Numbered from the stretch's first letter, positions 34,027 through 44,318 are shown. The stretch is 64,000 nucleotides of DNA from an uncultured Candidatus Rokubacteria bacterium (GCA_963762145.1 CAVXJS010000007.1:32001-96000); one strand, 5' to 3'. Translations and numbers: made by a program. The notes: generated by a model not told the origin, from the letters alone.

Positions 34027-35218
34027 ATGCGGCCGCTCACCTCGACGTTCCTCGCAATCCTGCTCACGCTCGCACTGGCCTTCCCGGTCCTCGCCCAGGC
34101 GCCGCCGCCCTGGAAGCAGGGGCAGCCGGCCGAGATGGCCAACTCGCCTCTGGCGCCCATCGCCCAGCCGCCCGCCCCCAAGGCGCCCGGCGAGATCCCG
34201 GTGGACAAGATCAAGGTGCCGCGGGGCTTCAAGGTCGGCGCTCTGGGCGCACGGGATCAACAATGCCCGGGTCATGGTCTGGGGCGACAAGGGCACCCTG
34301 TTCGTCAGCAGCCGCGTGGCGGGGAACGTCTACGCGGTGCTGGACAAGGGCGGCCAGCGCGAGGTCAAGGTCATCGCCAAGGGCCTCAACCGCCCAACGG
34401 GGTGGCCTTCAAGGACGGCACGCTCTACGTGGCGGAGGTGCACCGGATCACCAAGATGGAGGGGATCGAGGACAAGCTCGACAACCCGCCCGCCATGGAC
34501 GTGGTCTACGACACGCTGCCCAAGGATCTGCCGCACGGCTGGAAGTACCTGGCCTTCGGGCCGGACGGCAAGCTCTACTTCAACATCGGCGCGCCCTGCA
34601 ACATCTGCATCCCGCCCGACACCCACGCCAACATCTCGCGCGTGAACCCCGACGGCAGCGGCTTCGAGTACTTCGCGCACGGCGTGCGCAACAGCGTGGG
34701 ATTCGACTGGCATCCCGGTGACCAAGGAGCTCTACTTCGCCACCCACGCCCGCGACTGGCTCGGCGAGGACGTGCCGAGCGACCGCTTCGACCTGGCGCC
34801 GAAGAAGGGCCTGCACTTCGGCTTCCCCTACTGCCACCAGGGCGACATCCCCGATCCCGAGTTCGGCAAGGGGCGCTCCTGCTCCGAATTCGCGCCGCCG
34901 CTCATCAAGACGGGCCCCCACGTGGCCGGCAACGGCGTCGAGTTCTACACCGGCTCGATGTTCCCCGCCGAGTACAAGAACCGCGTGTTCCTGGCCCAGC
35001 GCGGCTCCTGGAACCGGACCAAGAAGAGCGGCTTCGCGGTGATGATGGTCACCCTCCGCACCGGGGACGTGCCGAAGTACGAGGTCTTCGCCGAGGGCTG
35101 GCTCCAGGGCGATCAGGTCTGGGGCCGCCCGGTCTACACCAAGCAGATGAAGGACGGCTCGCTCCTGATCGCCGACGACTACGCGGGGGCGATCTACCGG
35201 GTCACCTACCAGCCCTGA
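34027..35218 (+). CDS. PQQ-dependent glucose/sorbosone dehydrogenase family protein; frameshifted
   Basis: Signal peptide, HGWKYLAFGPDGKLY, GAPCNIC, GVRNSVGFDWHP, FGFPYCH, RGSWNR, GRPV. Confidence 0.88.
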
Positions 35219-35220
35219 CG

Positions 35221-35831
35221 GTGCTGAGACGGGGCGCCGCCCTCCTCGCGGCCTCTCGCTCGTCGTCGCCGCTCATCGCGACGGCGCGGCGGGGCCGCGG
35301 CGCGGCCGCCGATCCCGAGGCGGGCCGGCGCAAGGCCGAGCCGTGCGCGGCCTGCCACGGCCCCGACGGCAACGCGACCATTCCCGGGCACGCCGTCCCT
35401 CGCCGGGCAGCCCGTCTACTTCACCCACTGGCAGCTCATCAAGTACCGGGACGGTCGGCGGAAGGACCCGGTGATGGCGCCGTTCGCGGCCACTTGAGCG
35501 ACGCGGACATGGCGGATCTGTCCGCCTACTACGCCGCCCAGCGCCCCGGCGCCGCCCCGTCGGCCACCGATCCGGCGCGGGTCGAGGCCGGGCGGCCGCT
35601 CGCCGAGCGCGCATCACTGCACCTCGTGTCATCGCCCCGGCCTCGTCGGACAGGAGCAGGCCGCGCGCCTCGCCGGGCAGGACCTCGACTACCTCCTGCG
35701 ACTGCTGCGCGCCTTCAAGGCCCGCACCGCCTCCGACCTCGACGGGACCATGACGGTGGCCACGCAGCCGCTCACCGACGACGGAGATCGTGAGCCTGGT
35801 GCACTTCATCGCCACGCTGGGCGAGCCCTAG
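35221..35831 (+). CDS. Diheme cytochrome c4-like protein; frameshifted
   Basis: CAACH at 35344-35358 and CTSCH at 35618-35632, each followed by LAGQ. Confidence 0.85.
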
Positions 35832-35928
35832 CGCGGGCACCGGGGACCGCCCGGCTCCGCCTTGCAAGCCGGGCCGGCATAGGAGGAAAAAATCACATCG
35901 GCGAGAATGGTGGGCAGGAGGACCCCGC

Positions 35929-36427
35929 ATGCACATCTTGACGATGACGCTCTTCGCGCTCGTGATTGTCGCTCCCGCGGTGGCCCAGGCCCAGGTGCAG
36001 GTGCACGTCGACATTGGCATTCGCCTCCCCGCTCCGCCTCGCCTGATCGTGGTGCCCCAGGTGCCCGAAGTGCGCTACGTGGCGGCCCCCGCCGCGCCGG
36101 GCAACCTGTTCTTCTACAACGGGCAGTACTGGGTTTTCGCGAGCGGCGGGTGGTACGTCAGTGGCGGCTATAACGGTCCGTGGGTCGTCGTCGCCCCCGA
36201 GTTCGTGCCGCGACCCGTCCTGTTCGTGCCGGTGCGCTACTACCACGTCCCGCCCGGCCACTGGAAGAAGTGGGCGGCCGAGCGGCCTCCGCACTGGCAG
36301 GAGGACTGGGGACGGGAGTGGGCGGAGAAGCGGGAGTGGAAGGCACGGGGGCGGGACCGTGACGACGACCGGGACGGCCATCCCGGTCAGGGGCAAGGGG
36401 AAAGGGAAGGGGCACGGGCGCGGGTAG
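35929..36427 (+). CDS. Secreted Pro/Trp/Tyr-rich hypothetical protein; probable frameshift near the C-terminus
   Basis: Signal peptide, APPRLIVVP, YNGQYW, PPGHWKK, GKGKGKGH tail; AGGAGG RBS. Confidence 0.7.
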
Positions 36428-36442
36428 TCCGGCCGCGTCCGG

Positions 36443-37163
36443 CTAGAGGTACCCGCGCCGGAAGATCTCGAAGACGTTCAGCGCGCCCCCGCGCCAGTAG
36501 CGATTGGCGGGCAGCGAGAAGGTTCGACGGTCCCGGTCATAGATGAGGCGCGCCGGGCGTTCCGGCTCGTTGGGGTCATAGGCCTCGAATTCCGCCCCCG
36601 CGCTGGTCCGCGCCGTCGATCACCACCATCCCGTGGTTGATGGCCAGCGACGGGAAGCGGAGCAGGTGCACGAGCGGCGCGCCGTGGTCCGCGACCGCGT
36701 TCAGGAGCTCGCCCGCGGTGCGGTGCTGATGTGCGCGCGAGACCGGGACCACGATCCGCCAGTGGCTGCGCTGCACGTAGGACCGCCACGCCCCGCCGCA
36801 GGCCGCCTTCACCACCGGCTCGCGCGCGACGCTGAGCTCCCGCAGGCCGGCGTAGCCCGGGATGACCACGCGCCACTCGGCGGGCGACGGCCGCCGCGGA
36901 GGCCGTGCGAGCACCGAGCGGATCAGCCGCCGATATGTCAGATCGTCGGCGGGCGCGTCCGCCGGCTCGAACCGGGCGTGGTAGAAGAACTGGCGCGCGG
37001 CCCGGACCAGCACGAAGCAGCGGAGCGCGTAGCGGGGCGGGGGCCGGCGGCGGACGGCGCGGGTCTGCCCCGACGCCGGGTCGAAGTGGTACTCCCACAC
37101 CAGCTCGTTCGAGAACGCGAAGGTATCGCGCCCGAAGTCGAAGCGTTGGGCCAGGGCGAGCAT
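36443..37163 (-). CDS. Hypothetical protein with possible papain-like triad; frameshift around 36590
   Basis: DTFAFSNE, ALRCF, INHGMV, then AYDPNEP...LNVFEIFRRGYL* in the shifted frame. Confidence 0.65.
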
Positions 37164-37201
37164 CCTGGTTCGAGCCTACACCCGCGCCTCCGTCCGGGGT
37201 C

Positions 37202-37218
37202 ATTACCTTGCGGGTAAT
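37202..37218. promoter_or_regulatory. Palindromic operator candidate
   Basis: ATTACC-N5-GGTAAT between divergent genes. Confidence 0.55.
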
Positions 37219-37268
37219 TGCGGTCATGACCGGGCCCATCGACGATGAGCTCCGAAAGGAGATCACTC

Positions 37269-37553
37269 ATGGTCAACGCAACGGTGAGGGAGCTGCAGCG
37301 AAGGAACGACGCGGTGTGGGAGGCCCTCGGCGAGACGCTCGAGGGTATGGACGCGGCCGATCTCGCCCGCCGCGCCCGCATCCCCGTCTTCGGCCCGCTC
37401 CTCGGCACCGACGAGGTCCCGCTGCCCGTCTTCGTCGGCATCATGTTCGACCGTCACTGGGCCGCGCACATCGAGCAGCTCGCGAAGATCCGTCGCGCGG
37501 CCGGATTGCCCGAAGCGCAGTACACTACCCCGACCACAGGAGCCACCCGATGA
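37269..37553 (+). CDS. Short DinB-like protein, possibly internally deleted
   Basis: AAAGGAG RBS; C-terminal HWAAHIEQL (HxxxH) motif; only 94 aa. Confidence 0.6.
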   Translation: MVNATVRELQRRNDAVWEALGETLEGMDAADLARRARIPVFGPLLGTDEVPLPVFVGIMFDRHWAAHIEQLAKIRRAAGLPEAQYTTPTTGATR

Positions 37554-37951
37554 GCGCGCCTACCGACCGCACGACCTTTCTCCGCCGCAGTCTCCAGCTC
37601 GATGGCATCGCCTCCGGCCTCTGCGGCGTCCTGCTCCTGGCCGCCGCGGAGCCCATCTCCGCGCTCATGGGGCTCGCGGGTCCCGGCATCGCCCGGGCGG
37701 TCGGCGGCGGCCTCGTGATCTACGCGGCCGCGCTGCTCTACAATGCCGCGCGGGCCACGGTGAGCCGGGTGGAGGCAGTGGCCGCGGTGGTGCTCAACGC
37801 CGCCTGGGTGCTCGGCAGCGCGCTGGTGATCCTGGCTGGCCCGTTGACCCTGATGGGCAACCTCGCGGTGGCCGCGGTGGCCGCCGCGGTCCTGCTGTTC
37901 ACGATGCTGGAGGTCGTCGGGCTCACGCGCCTGCGCGAGATGGCGGGGTGA
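37550..37951 (+). CDS. Small integral membrane protein (about 4 TM)
   Basis: MSAPTDRTTFLRRSLQLDG followed by four hydrophobic segments; ATGA overlap with upstream gene. Confidence 0.75.
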   Translation: MSAPTDRTTFLRRSLQLDGIASGLCGVLLLAAAEPISALMGLAGPGIARAVGGGLVIYAAALLYNAARATVSRVEAVAAVVLNAAWVLGSALVILAGPLTLMGNLAVAAVAAAVLLFTMLEVVGLTRLREMAG

Positions 37952-38744
37952 CCGCGGCCCTCTACGATTTCGACGTCGACACGGCCGTGGAGGCCGTCGC
38001 GGACCATCGGTTCGCGGCGGCCATCACGGACCGCTGGAACGTGCTGGGGGGCCGGCCCAACGGCGGCTATGTCATGGGCGTCTGTCTCCAGGCTCTCACG
38101 CGCGTCATGCCGCCGCCCGATCCCCTGGTCGTCTCGGCGTTCTTCCTGCGCCCGGTGCTGCCGGGTCCCGCCGAGGTGCGGACGGCGGTCATCCGGAGCG
38201 GTCGCCGCATCGCCACCGGCGAGGCGACGCTCTACCAGGACGGCAAGGAATCCCTGCGCGTCACCGCGGCCTTCTCGGATCTCGGCCGGGCGGCGGGCCG
38301 CACGGTGGTGCTCGCGGCCCCGCCGGAGCTGCCGCCTCCGGATCAGGCGGTCGATCTCATGAGCGGCCGGGTCATCCCCGAGCTCTCGATCGCCCAGCGC
38401 GTGGAGTATCGCGTGGCGGCATGGCCCGGCTGGGCCCGTGGGGAGCCGAGCGGCCGGCCGAGCCAGGAGTTCTGGATGCGGATCGCGACGGGCGCGAGCC
38501 CGATCTGCTGAGCCTGGCCTCGCTCGTGGACGCGGCCGCGCCGCCCGTGCTCGAGCTCGGCGAGACCGCGTCCGCGACGGTCGAGCTGACCGTGCACCTG
38601 CGCGCCCACCCGGCGCCGGGCTGGCTCGCGTGCCGCGTCGCCACCCGCTTCGTGATCGGCGGCTATCACGAGGAAGACTTCGAGATCTGGGACTCGACCG
38701 GCGCCCTCGTGGCCCAGTCTCGCCAGCTCGCGCTGCTGCCCTAG
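37948..38744 (+). CDS. TesB-like double-hotdog thioesterase; frameshift around 38485
   Basis: PNGGY, FLRP, RSGRR, VDAAAP, TVELTVH, WDSTGALVAQSRQLA. Confidence 0.87.
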
Positions 38745-38789
38745 CGGGCGGCGGCTCGCGCGTCGCGCGCGATGTTATGATCCGCGCAC

Positions 38790-39488
38790 ATGGCGGAGCC
38801 GGTGGACGACGTCGCGGGACGCATCGTGCTGATCGTGGACGCGAGCGTGCCCGCGGCCGCGCGGGCCGCCTGCGACGACGCGGCCGCCGCGCTCGCCCAG
38901 CGCGCGGGGATGCCGGTGACGCTGGCCGCGGTGCCCATCGAGACGCTCGACGCGGTCCAGCCCGTGATCCGCCGGCGCCCCGGGCAGATCAAGGACGTCG
39001 AGCCGCCCGCTCCAGACGCGATGGCGTCGGCCCCGTTCGTCTGGCGACGCGACGGTCGGCCGGACTGGAGCGCGATGTGGACCACGTTCTGCGATCTGGC
39101 GCTCCACGGCGGCCCGCCGCAGCGCGGCGCGCTCCAGGCGCTGCGCGGTCCCGATCCCGGCGAGCGTGCGGCGGGGTCGGCGCCCGAGATCGCGGCCGAG
39201 CTCCGGCGCGGCATCGAGGAGACCACCGGCCTCGCGGCTGAGCCGGCTGGGCCTGCCGACCCTGGATGGGTCGCGATCACGTGCGCGAGCGCGCGCATGG
39301 CCGCCTGGCTGTGCGCCACCATCATCCTGGAGAACGTGGACGCGCGCGCGGAGGGCCGGCGGCTCCTCGTGCCGGCAGGCCCCGGATTCGTCCTCGAGGA
39401 CCAGGTCAAGAGCGTGGTCACAGTGGTGGCGAAGACCCACCACTACTGGCGGGAGCACCTCGCATCGGGGCGGGAGACCCGATCCTGA
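38790..39488 (+). CDS. Hypothetical protein, candidate metal-binding
   Basis: WSAMWTTFCDLALHGGPP, AAWLCATIILENV, KSVVTVVAKTHHYWREH. Confidence 0.7.
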   Translation: MAEPVDDVAGRIVLIVDASVPAAARAACDDAAAALAQRAGMPVTLAAVPIETLDAVQPVIRRRPGQIKDVEPPAPDAMASAPFVWRRDGRPDWSAMWTTFCDLALHGGPPQRGALQALRGPDPGERAAGSAPEIAAELRRGIEETTGLAAEPAGPADPGWVAITCASARMAAWLCATIILENVDARAEGRRLLVPAGPGFVLEDQVKSVVTVVAKTHHYWREHLASGRETRS

Positions 39489-39919
39489 TCGCGGCCCTGC
39501 CGGCTGCGCCCGGCGCGGGCGCGCTGGCCGGCCTCGAGGCCGACGCGGTCGAGCTGACCGCGCAGGAGCGGCGGCGCGCCCGGCGGCGCGTGGTCTCCCG
39601 GGCCGGGCGCGTCTTCACGCTCGCGCTGCCCGCCGGCGACGTGCTCGTGCCCGGTCGCGTGCTGCACGTGGGGCCGGGGTGGTACGTGACGGTGGAGGCC
39701 GCCGCCGAGGCGCTGCTGGCGATCACGCCGCGGACGCGGCGCGAGGGGCTGCGCGTCGCGCTCGAGGTGGGCCGGCTCCACGCCGCCCTCGCGGTGGCCG
39801 CCGGCCGTCTGCTCGTGCCCGACGAGCCCGCCGTCGAGCGGCTGCTCCGGCGCCTCGGCGTGCCCTGGGTGCGCGCCCACGAGCCGTTCCTGCCCGTGTC
39901 CTCCGGCTCGCCGCACTAA
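39482..39919 (+). CDS. ureE: UreE-like urease accessory/nickel chaperone; start unclear
   Basis: LTAQERRRARRRV...LALPAG (UreE_N-like), VTVEAAAEALL, VGRLH (canonical GNxH), LGVPW...EPFLP...H. Confidence 0.7.
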   Translation: MLIAALPAAPGAGALAGLEADAVELTAQERRRARRRVVSRAGRVFTLALPAGDVLVPGRVLHVGPGWYVTVEAAAEALLAITPRTRREGLRVALEVGRLHAALAVAAGRLLVPDEPAVERLLRRLGVPWVRAHEPFLPVSSGSPH

Positions 39920-39961
39920 ATCGAGACGTGACAAGCGGGCACGGTTCGACTAAGGTGCTCG

Positions 39962-39995
39962 TGCCGAATGCGGAATGGTATTCGGCAATGGGAAT
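39962..39995. promoter_or_regulatory. Candidate IclR operator(s)
   Basis: TGCCGAAT-N10-ATTCGGCA inverted repeat just upstream of an operon that ends in an IclR gene. Confidence 0.45.
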
Positions 39996-40004
39996 GGAGA
40001 GGCC

Positions 40005-41189
40005 ATGACGCGCGAGCGGACCATCCGGGGGCAGGTCGCGGTCGTCGGGGTGGGGGAGACGACCTACTACAAGCACGGCCGCGCGCCCGAATCCGAGTTC
40101 GCGCTGGCGCTCCAGGCCATTCTCCGGGCGTGCGAGGACGCGGGGATCGACCCCCGGCAGGTCGATGGCTTCGCCTCCTACAGCAACGACCGCAACGATC
40201 CGTCGCGCCTGGCCGCGGCCCTCGGCCTGCCCGAGCTGCGCTTCTCGAACATGCAGTGGGGCGGCGGCGGGGGCGGCGGCTCGGCGGCGGTGGGCAACGC
40301 GGCGGCCGCGGTGGCCGCGGGCTACGCCGACTGCGTCGTGGTCTTCCGTGCGCTCGCCCAGGGCCAGTTCCAGCGCTTCGGCGCCGCGCCGCCCGGCGGC
40401 ACCGTCAGCGGCGAGGCGGCGCTGACCTTCCCGTACGGGCTCATCTCGCCCGCCCAGCGCTTCGCGATGCGCGTGATGCGCTTCATGCACGATCACGGGG
40501 TGCGCCAGGAGGCGCAGCGCGCGATCGCGCTGGCCTCGTATCATCACGCGCAGGCCAACCCCAGAGCCGTCATGCACGGGCGGCCGCTCACCGCGGAGGC
40601 CTACGACGCCTCGCGGTGGATCGTCGAGCCCTTTCGCCTCTTCGACTGCTGCATGGAGAACGACGGGGCCGCCGCGCTGGTGCTGGTCTCGGCCGAGCGC
40701 GCGCGCGACCTGCGCTTGCCTCCCGCATACATCTTGGGAGTGGCGCAGGGCTCCGAGCACCGCAACGCGGCCCGCGGCCACAACGCCCCGGTCTACGCCA
40801 GCTCGAGCTTCACCACCGTGGCCCCGCATCTCTGGGCGATGGCCGGGCTCGGGCCCAAGGACGTCGACGTGGTCCAGAGCTACGAGAACTTCACCGGCGG
40901 CGTCCTCATGAGCCTGGTGGAGCACGGCTTCTTCGCGCCCGAGGAGGCGAACGACTTCCTGATCCCGGAGAACCTGATCGCGCCGGGCGGCCGGCTGCCG
41001 CTCAACACCAGCGGCGGCAATCTCGCCGAGTGCTACATGCACGGGCTCGAGCTGCAGATCGAGGCGGTGCGCCAGCTGCGCGGCGAGTCGCCCAACCAGG
41101 TGCCCGGGGCCCGGACCGCGCTGGTCATCTCGGGGCCGATGGTGACGCCGGTCTCGAGCATGCTGCTGGGCACGGAGGCGACCCGGTGA
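40005..41189 (+). CDS. SCP2-thiolase-like protein (Ltp2-type, no catalytic Cys)
   Basis: VAVVGVGET, ANPRAV, FDCCMENDGAAA, YENF, NTSGGNLAECYMHG, EAVRQLRG. Confidence 0.88.
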   Translation: MTRERTIRGQVAVVGVGETTYYKHGRAPESEFALALQAILRACEDAGIDPRQVDGFASYSNDRNDPSRLAAALGLPELRFSNMQWGGGGGGGSAAVGNAAAAVAAGYADCVVVFRALAQGQFQRFGAAPPGGTVSGEAALTFPYGLISPAQRFAMRVMRFMHDHGVRQEAQRAIALASYHHAQANPRAVMHGRPLTAEAYDASRWIVEPFRLFDCCMENDGAAALVLVSAERARDLRLPPAYILGVAQGSEHRNAARGHNAPVYASSSFTTVAPHLWAMAGLGPKDVDVVQSYENFTGGVLMSLVEHGFFAPEEANDFLIPENLIAPGGRLPLNTSGGNLAECYMHGLELQIEAVRQLRGESPNQVPGARTALVISGPMVTPVSSMLLGTEATR

Positions 41190-41632
41190 GCGGGACGAGC
41201 TATCTGCCCGCGGGCATGCCGCGCCCGGTCCCCGAGCCCGACGGCCTCGACCGGCCGTACTGGGAGGGCACGCGGGCGGGGGAGCTGCGCGTCCAGCGCT
41301 GCCGCGCCTGCCGCGGCTGGCAGTGGGGACCGGAGTGGATCTGCCATCGCTGCCTGACGTTCGATCTCGAATGGGTGACGGTCGCCCCGCGCGGCCGAAT
41401 CTATTCGTGGGAGCGGGCCTGGCATCCGGTGCATCCGGCCCTGAAAGACCACGGCCCCTACATCGTCGCGCTCGTGGAGCTGCCGGAGGCGGGCCACGTC
41501 CGGATGCTCGGCAACCTGCTCGGGGATCCCCGGCAAGACGTCCAGATCGGCGCGCCGGTCGAGGCGGTGTTCGAGCCGCACGACGAGGCCGCGCCGCCGT
41601 TCACGCTCGTCCAGTGGAGGATGACGCCATGA
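41186..41632 (+). CDS. DUF35 Zn-ribbon/OB-fold protein
   Basis: QRCRAC...ICHRC, GRIYSW, PYIVALVEL, IGAPVEAVF. Confidence 0.9.
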   Translation: MSGTSYLPAGMPRPVPEPDGLDRPYWEGTRAGELRVQRCRACRGWQWGPEWICHRCLTFDLEWVTVAPRGRIYSWERAWHPVHPALKDHGPYIVALVELPEAGHVRMLGNLLGDPRQDVQIGAPVEAVFEPHDEAAPPFTLVQWRMTP

Positions 41633-42837
41633 CGCCCACCGACATCGTGGTCAACGAGCCGAACCAGTGGCGGCTCACGACGCCGGGACACGCGGGCTGG
41701 CCGCGCAGCGCCCGCCCCGGCGATCCGCGGAAGTACTTCATGGTGTCGGCGGATTGCCACGCCAACGAGCCCTTCGATCTCTGGGCGACGCGGATCGAGG
41801 AGAAGTATCGCGCGCGCGTGCCCAAGGTGATCACCGACGAGAACGGCGTGAAGTGGCGCGTCTCCGAGGGCCACCGTCCGGACCGCCTGCGCACCGACGC
41901 GCTCGAGGGCGAGGACGGGCTCCGGCAGCGGGTGGGCGCCGATCCGGTGGAGCGCCTGGCCGACATGGACCGGGACGGCATCGACATCGAGGTGATCTTC
42001 CCCAACAAGGGCCTCGCGATGTGGGCCACGCCCGATCCCGTCTTCGCGATGGCCCAGTGCCGCGTCTACAACGACTGGGCGCACGAGACCTTCGGCCGCT
42101 TCCGGGACCGCATGGCCCCCGCGGCCGCGCTCGCCACCGGCGATCTGGAGGGCTCCATCGCCGAGGTCAAGCGCGTCGCGAAGCTCGGCTTCCGCCTGCT
42201 GACCCTGCCGTGCAAGCCGATCTGGGGCGGGCACGATGTGGACCACCCGAACTACAACCTGCCGATGTTCGACCCGCTCTGGAGCGTGATCCAGGACGTG
42301 AACCTGCCGGTGACCTTCCACGTCTCGACCGGGCGCGATCCGCGCGCCGCGCGCGGCAACGGCGGCGCGGTGATCAACTACGTCTCGCACTCGCTGTCGC
42401 CCACCATCGAGCCGGTGGCCAACCTCTGCGCCTCCGGGGTGTTCGAGCGCTTCCCGCGCCTGCGCGCGGCCACCATCGAGGCCGGGATCGGCTGGATCGC
42501 CTGGTTCCTGGGCGCGATGGACGAGGCCTACCGCAAGCACCACTTCTGGGTGCGGCCGAAGCTCAAGCGCCTGCCGAGCGAGTACTATCGCGAGCATTGC
42601 TGGGCGTCGTTCCAGGAGGATCCGGCCGGGCTCGCGCTCGCCGAGCCCATGGGCCTGGCCGACCGCTTCATGTGGGGTAACGACTACCCGCACCACGAGG
42701 GCACCTGGCCGCATTCGGCGGAGGCCATCGAGCGCACGATGGGCCACCTGTCGGAGACCGCGCGGGCCAACGTGCTCGGCCTCAACGCGGCGCGCTTCTT
42801 CGGCTTCGAGGTGCCCGCCGGGTCCGGGCTCGCGTGA
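41629..42837 (+). CDS. Amidohydrolase_2 family protein
   Basis: SADCHANEP, DMDRDGID, YNDW, VTFH, EAGIGW, WGNDYPHHEG. Confidence 0.9.
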   Translation: MTPTDIVVNEPNQWRLTTPGHAGWPRSARPGDPRKYFMVSADCHANEPFDLWATRIEEKYRARVPKVITDENGVKWRVSEGHRPDRLRTDALEGEDGLRQRVGADPVERLADMDRDGIDIEVIFPNKGLAMWATPDPVFAMAQCRVYNDWAHETFGRFRDRMAPAAALATGDLEGSIAEVKRVAKLGFRLLTLPCKPIWGGHDVDHPNYNLPMFDPLWSVIQDVNLPVTFHVSTGRDPRAARGNGGAVINYVSHSLSPTIEPVANLCASGVFERFPRLRAATIEAGIGWIAWFLGAMDEAYRKHHFWVRPKLKRLPSEYYREHCWASFQEDPAGLALAEPMGLADRFMWGNDYPHHEGTWPHSAEAIERTMGHLSETARANVLGLNAARFFGFEVPAGSGLA

Positions 42838-43667
42838 CCACCGGCGCGGTCCGCGAGCGTCACGGCGCGGCCGCGGGCGCCCATCGCGCGGCCGGGCGCG
42901 TGATGGACATTCTCGAGCTGGTTGTCCGGACCCGCGAGGGCCTGCCCCTGCGCGAGCTGAGCGCGCAGCTCGAGGCGCCCAAGAGCAGCCTGCTCCCGCT
43001 GCTCCGCACCCTGACCGCCCGGGGCTACCTCGAGCACGGCGCGCTCCGCGAGTACCGGCTCGGCCCGAAGGCGCTGGAGCTCGGGATGGGCTCGCCGGGC
43101 CATCGCGCGTGGCCGGAGATCGCCCGGCCCGCGCTGCGGACGCTGATGCACCGCACCGGGGAGACCGTCTTCCTGGGCGTCCTCGGCGGCGACGGCACCG
43201 CGGTGGTCTTCGTGGACAAGGTCGAGAGCGAGCAGGTCATCCGCTACGCCGCGGGGGTGGGCGACCGGCGGGCCCTGCACGCCACCTCGAGCGGCAAGGT
43301 GATCCTGGCCTTCCTGCCCGCGCCGGAGCGCGAGCGGATCCTCCGCGCGCTCCCGCTCAAGCGCTACACCGATCGCACCGTGACGAGCCTGCCCGCACTG
43401 CGCGCCGCGCTCGAGGAGGTGCGGCAGAGCGGGATCTGCGTGAATCTCGACGAGCTCGCGCTGGGCGCGGCGGGCATCGCAGCGCCGATCTTCGATCGCG
43501 ACGGCCACGTCGCCGGCGCCTGCGCGATCGGAGGGCCCACCGATCGGGTCCGCCCCCGGCTCAAGCCGCTCGCCGCGGAGGTGCGGGCCACCGCGCGCGC
43601 GATCTCGGCCCTCCTGGGCCGGCGCGGCGACGGGCTCGTCGCCCGAAAGGACCAGCCCTCGGCGTAG
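42834..43667 (+). CDS. IclR family transcriptional regulator
   Basis: HTH PKSSLLPLLRTL, YRLGP, TGETV, HATSSGKVILA, IAAPIF. Confidence 0.93.
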   Translation: MTTGAVRERHGAAAGAHRAAGRVMDILELVVRTREGLPLRELSAQLEAPKSSLLPLLRTLTARGYLEHGALREYRLGPKALELGMGSPGHRAWPEIARPALRTLMHRTGETVFLGVLGGDGTAVVFVDKVESEQVIRYAAGVGDRRALHATSSGKVILAFLPAPERERILRALPLKRYTDRTVTSLPALRAALEEVRQSGICVNLDELALGAAGIAAPIFDRDGHVAGACAIGGPTDRVRPRLKPLAAEVRATARAISALLGRRGDGLVARKDQPSA

Positions 43668-43813
43668 CAAGACCTTCCCGCCCCATCCCTCGTTCCCGGT
43701 AACCGTTTCCGCAACGGAGCCGTGCGCGGGCCCATCCGGCTTCACAGAGGGCTTCTCCCCCCCGACCGATCTAGCACAGGAAATGCTTGGCTTCTCCCGG
43801 AAAGGAGACCGCC

Positions 43814-44269
43814 ATGGACGCGATCCAATTCCTCAAGCAAGAGCACGAGAAGGCCAAGCAGGCGTTCGAGAAGCTGCTGAGCGCGCCGCCCGCTCGCCGG
43901 GGCGCCATCTGGAAGGAGCTCCAGCCCGAGCTGAAGGCGCACGAGAAGATGGAGGAGCAGCATCTCTACGGGCCCATCGCCCGGGACGGCGCGTCGGATC
44001 CCATGCTGTCCGAATGGGTCTCGACCGCCATCAGGACGAGGTGCACGAGGTCGAGAGCCTCATCAAGGAGCACCGAGGGGCTCGATCCCGAGGACGAGGG
44101 CTGGCTCGCCACCGTCCGGCAGATCAAGTCGGCGCTCGAGAATCACATCCGTCAGGAGGAGGCCGGATATCTTCCCGCGGATCGGCCAGATCTGGGACCG
44201 GCGCACGCCTCGATGAGGCGGGGCGGGAGATGAGCCAGAGCAAGAGAGAAGGCCGGCCAGCGAAGGTAA
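43814..44269 (+). CDS. Hemerythrin (HHE) domain protein; frameshifted
   Basis: MDAIQFLKQEH, HEKMEE, HIRQEE; AAAGGAG RBS. Confidence 0.82.
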
Positions 44270-44318
44270 GCGGCCCGGCGCTCATCGACGAAACCCCTCA
44301 ATCTCGAAAGGAAGAGCC

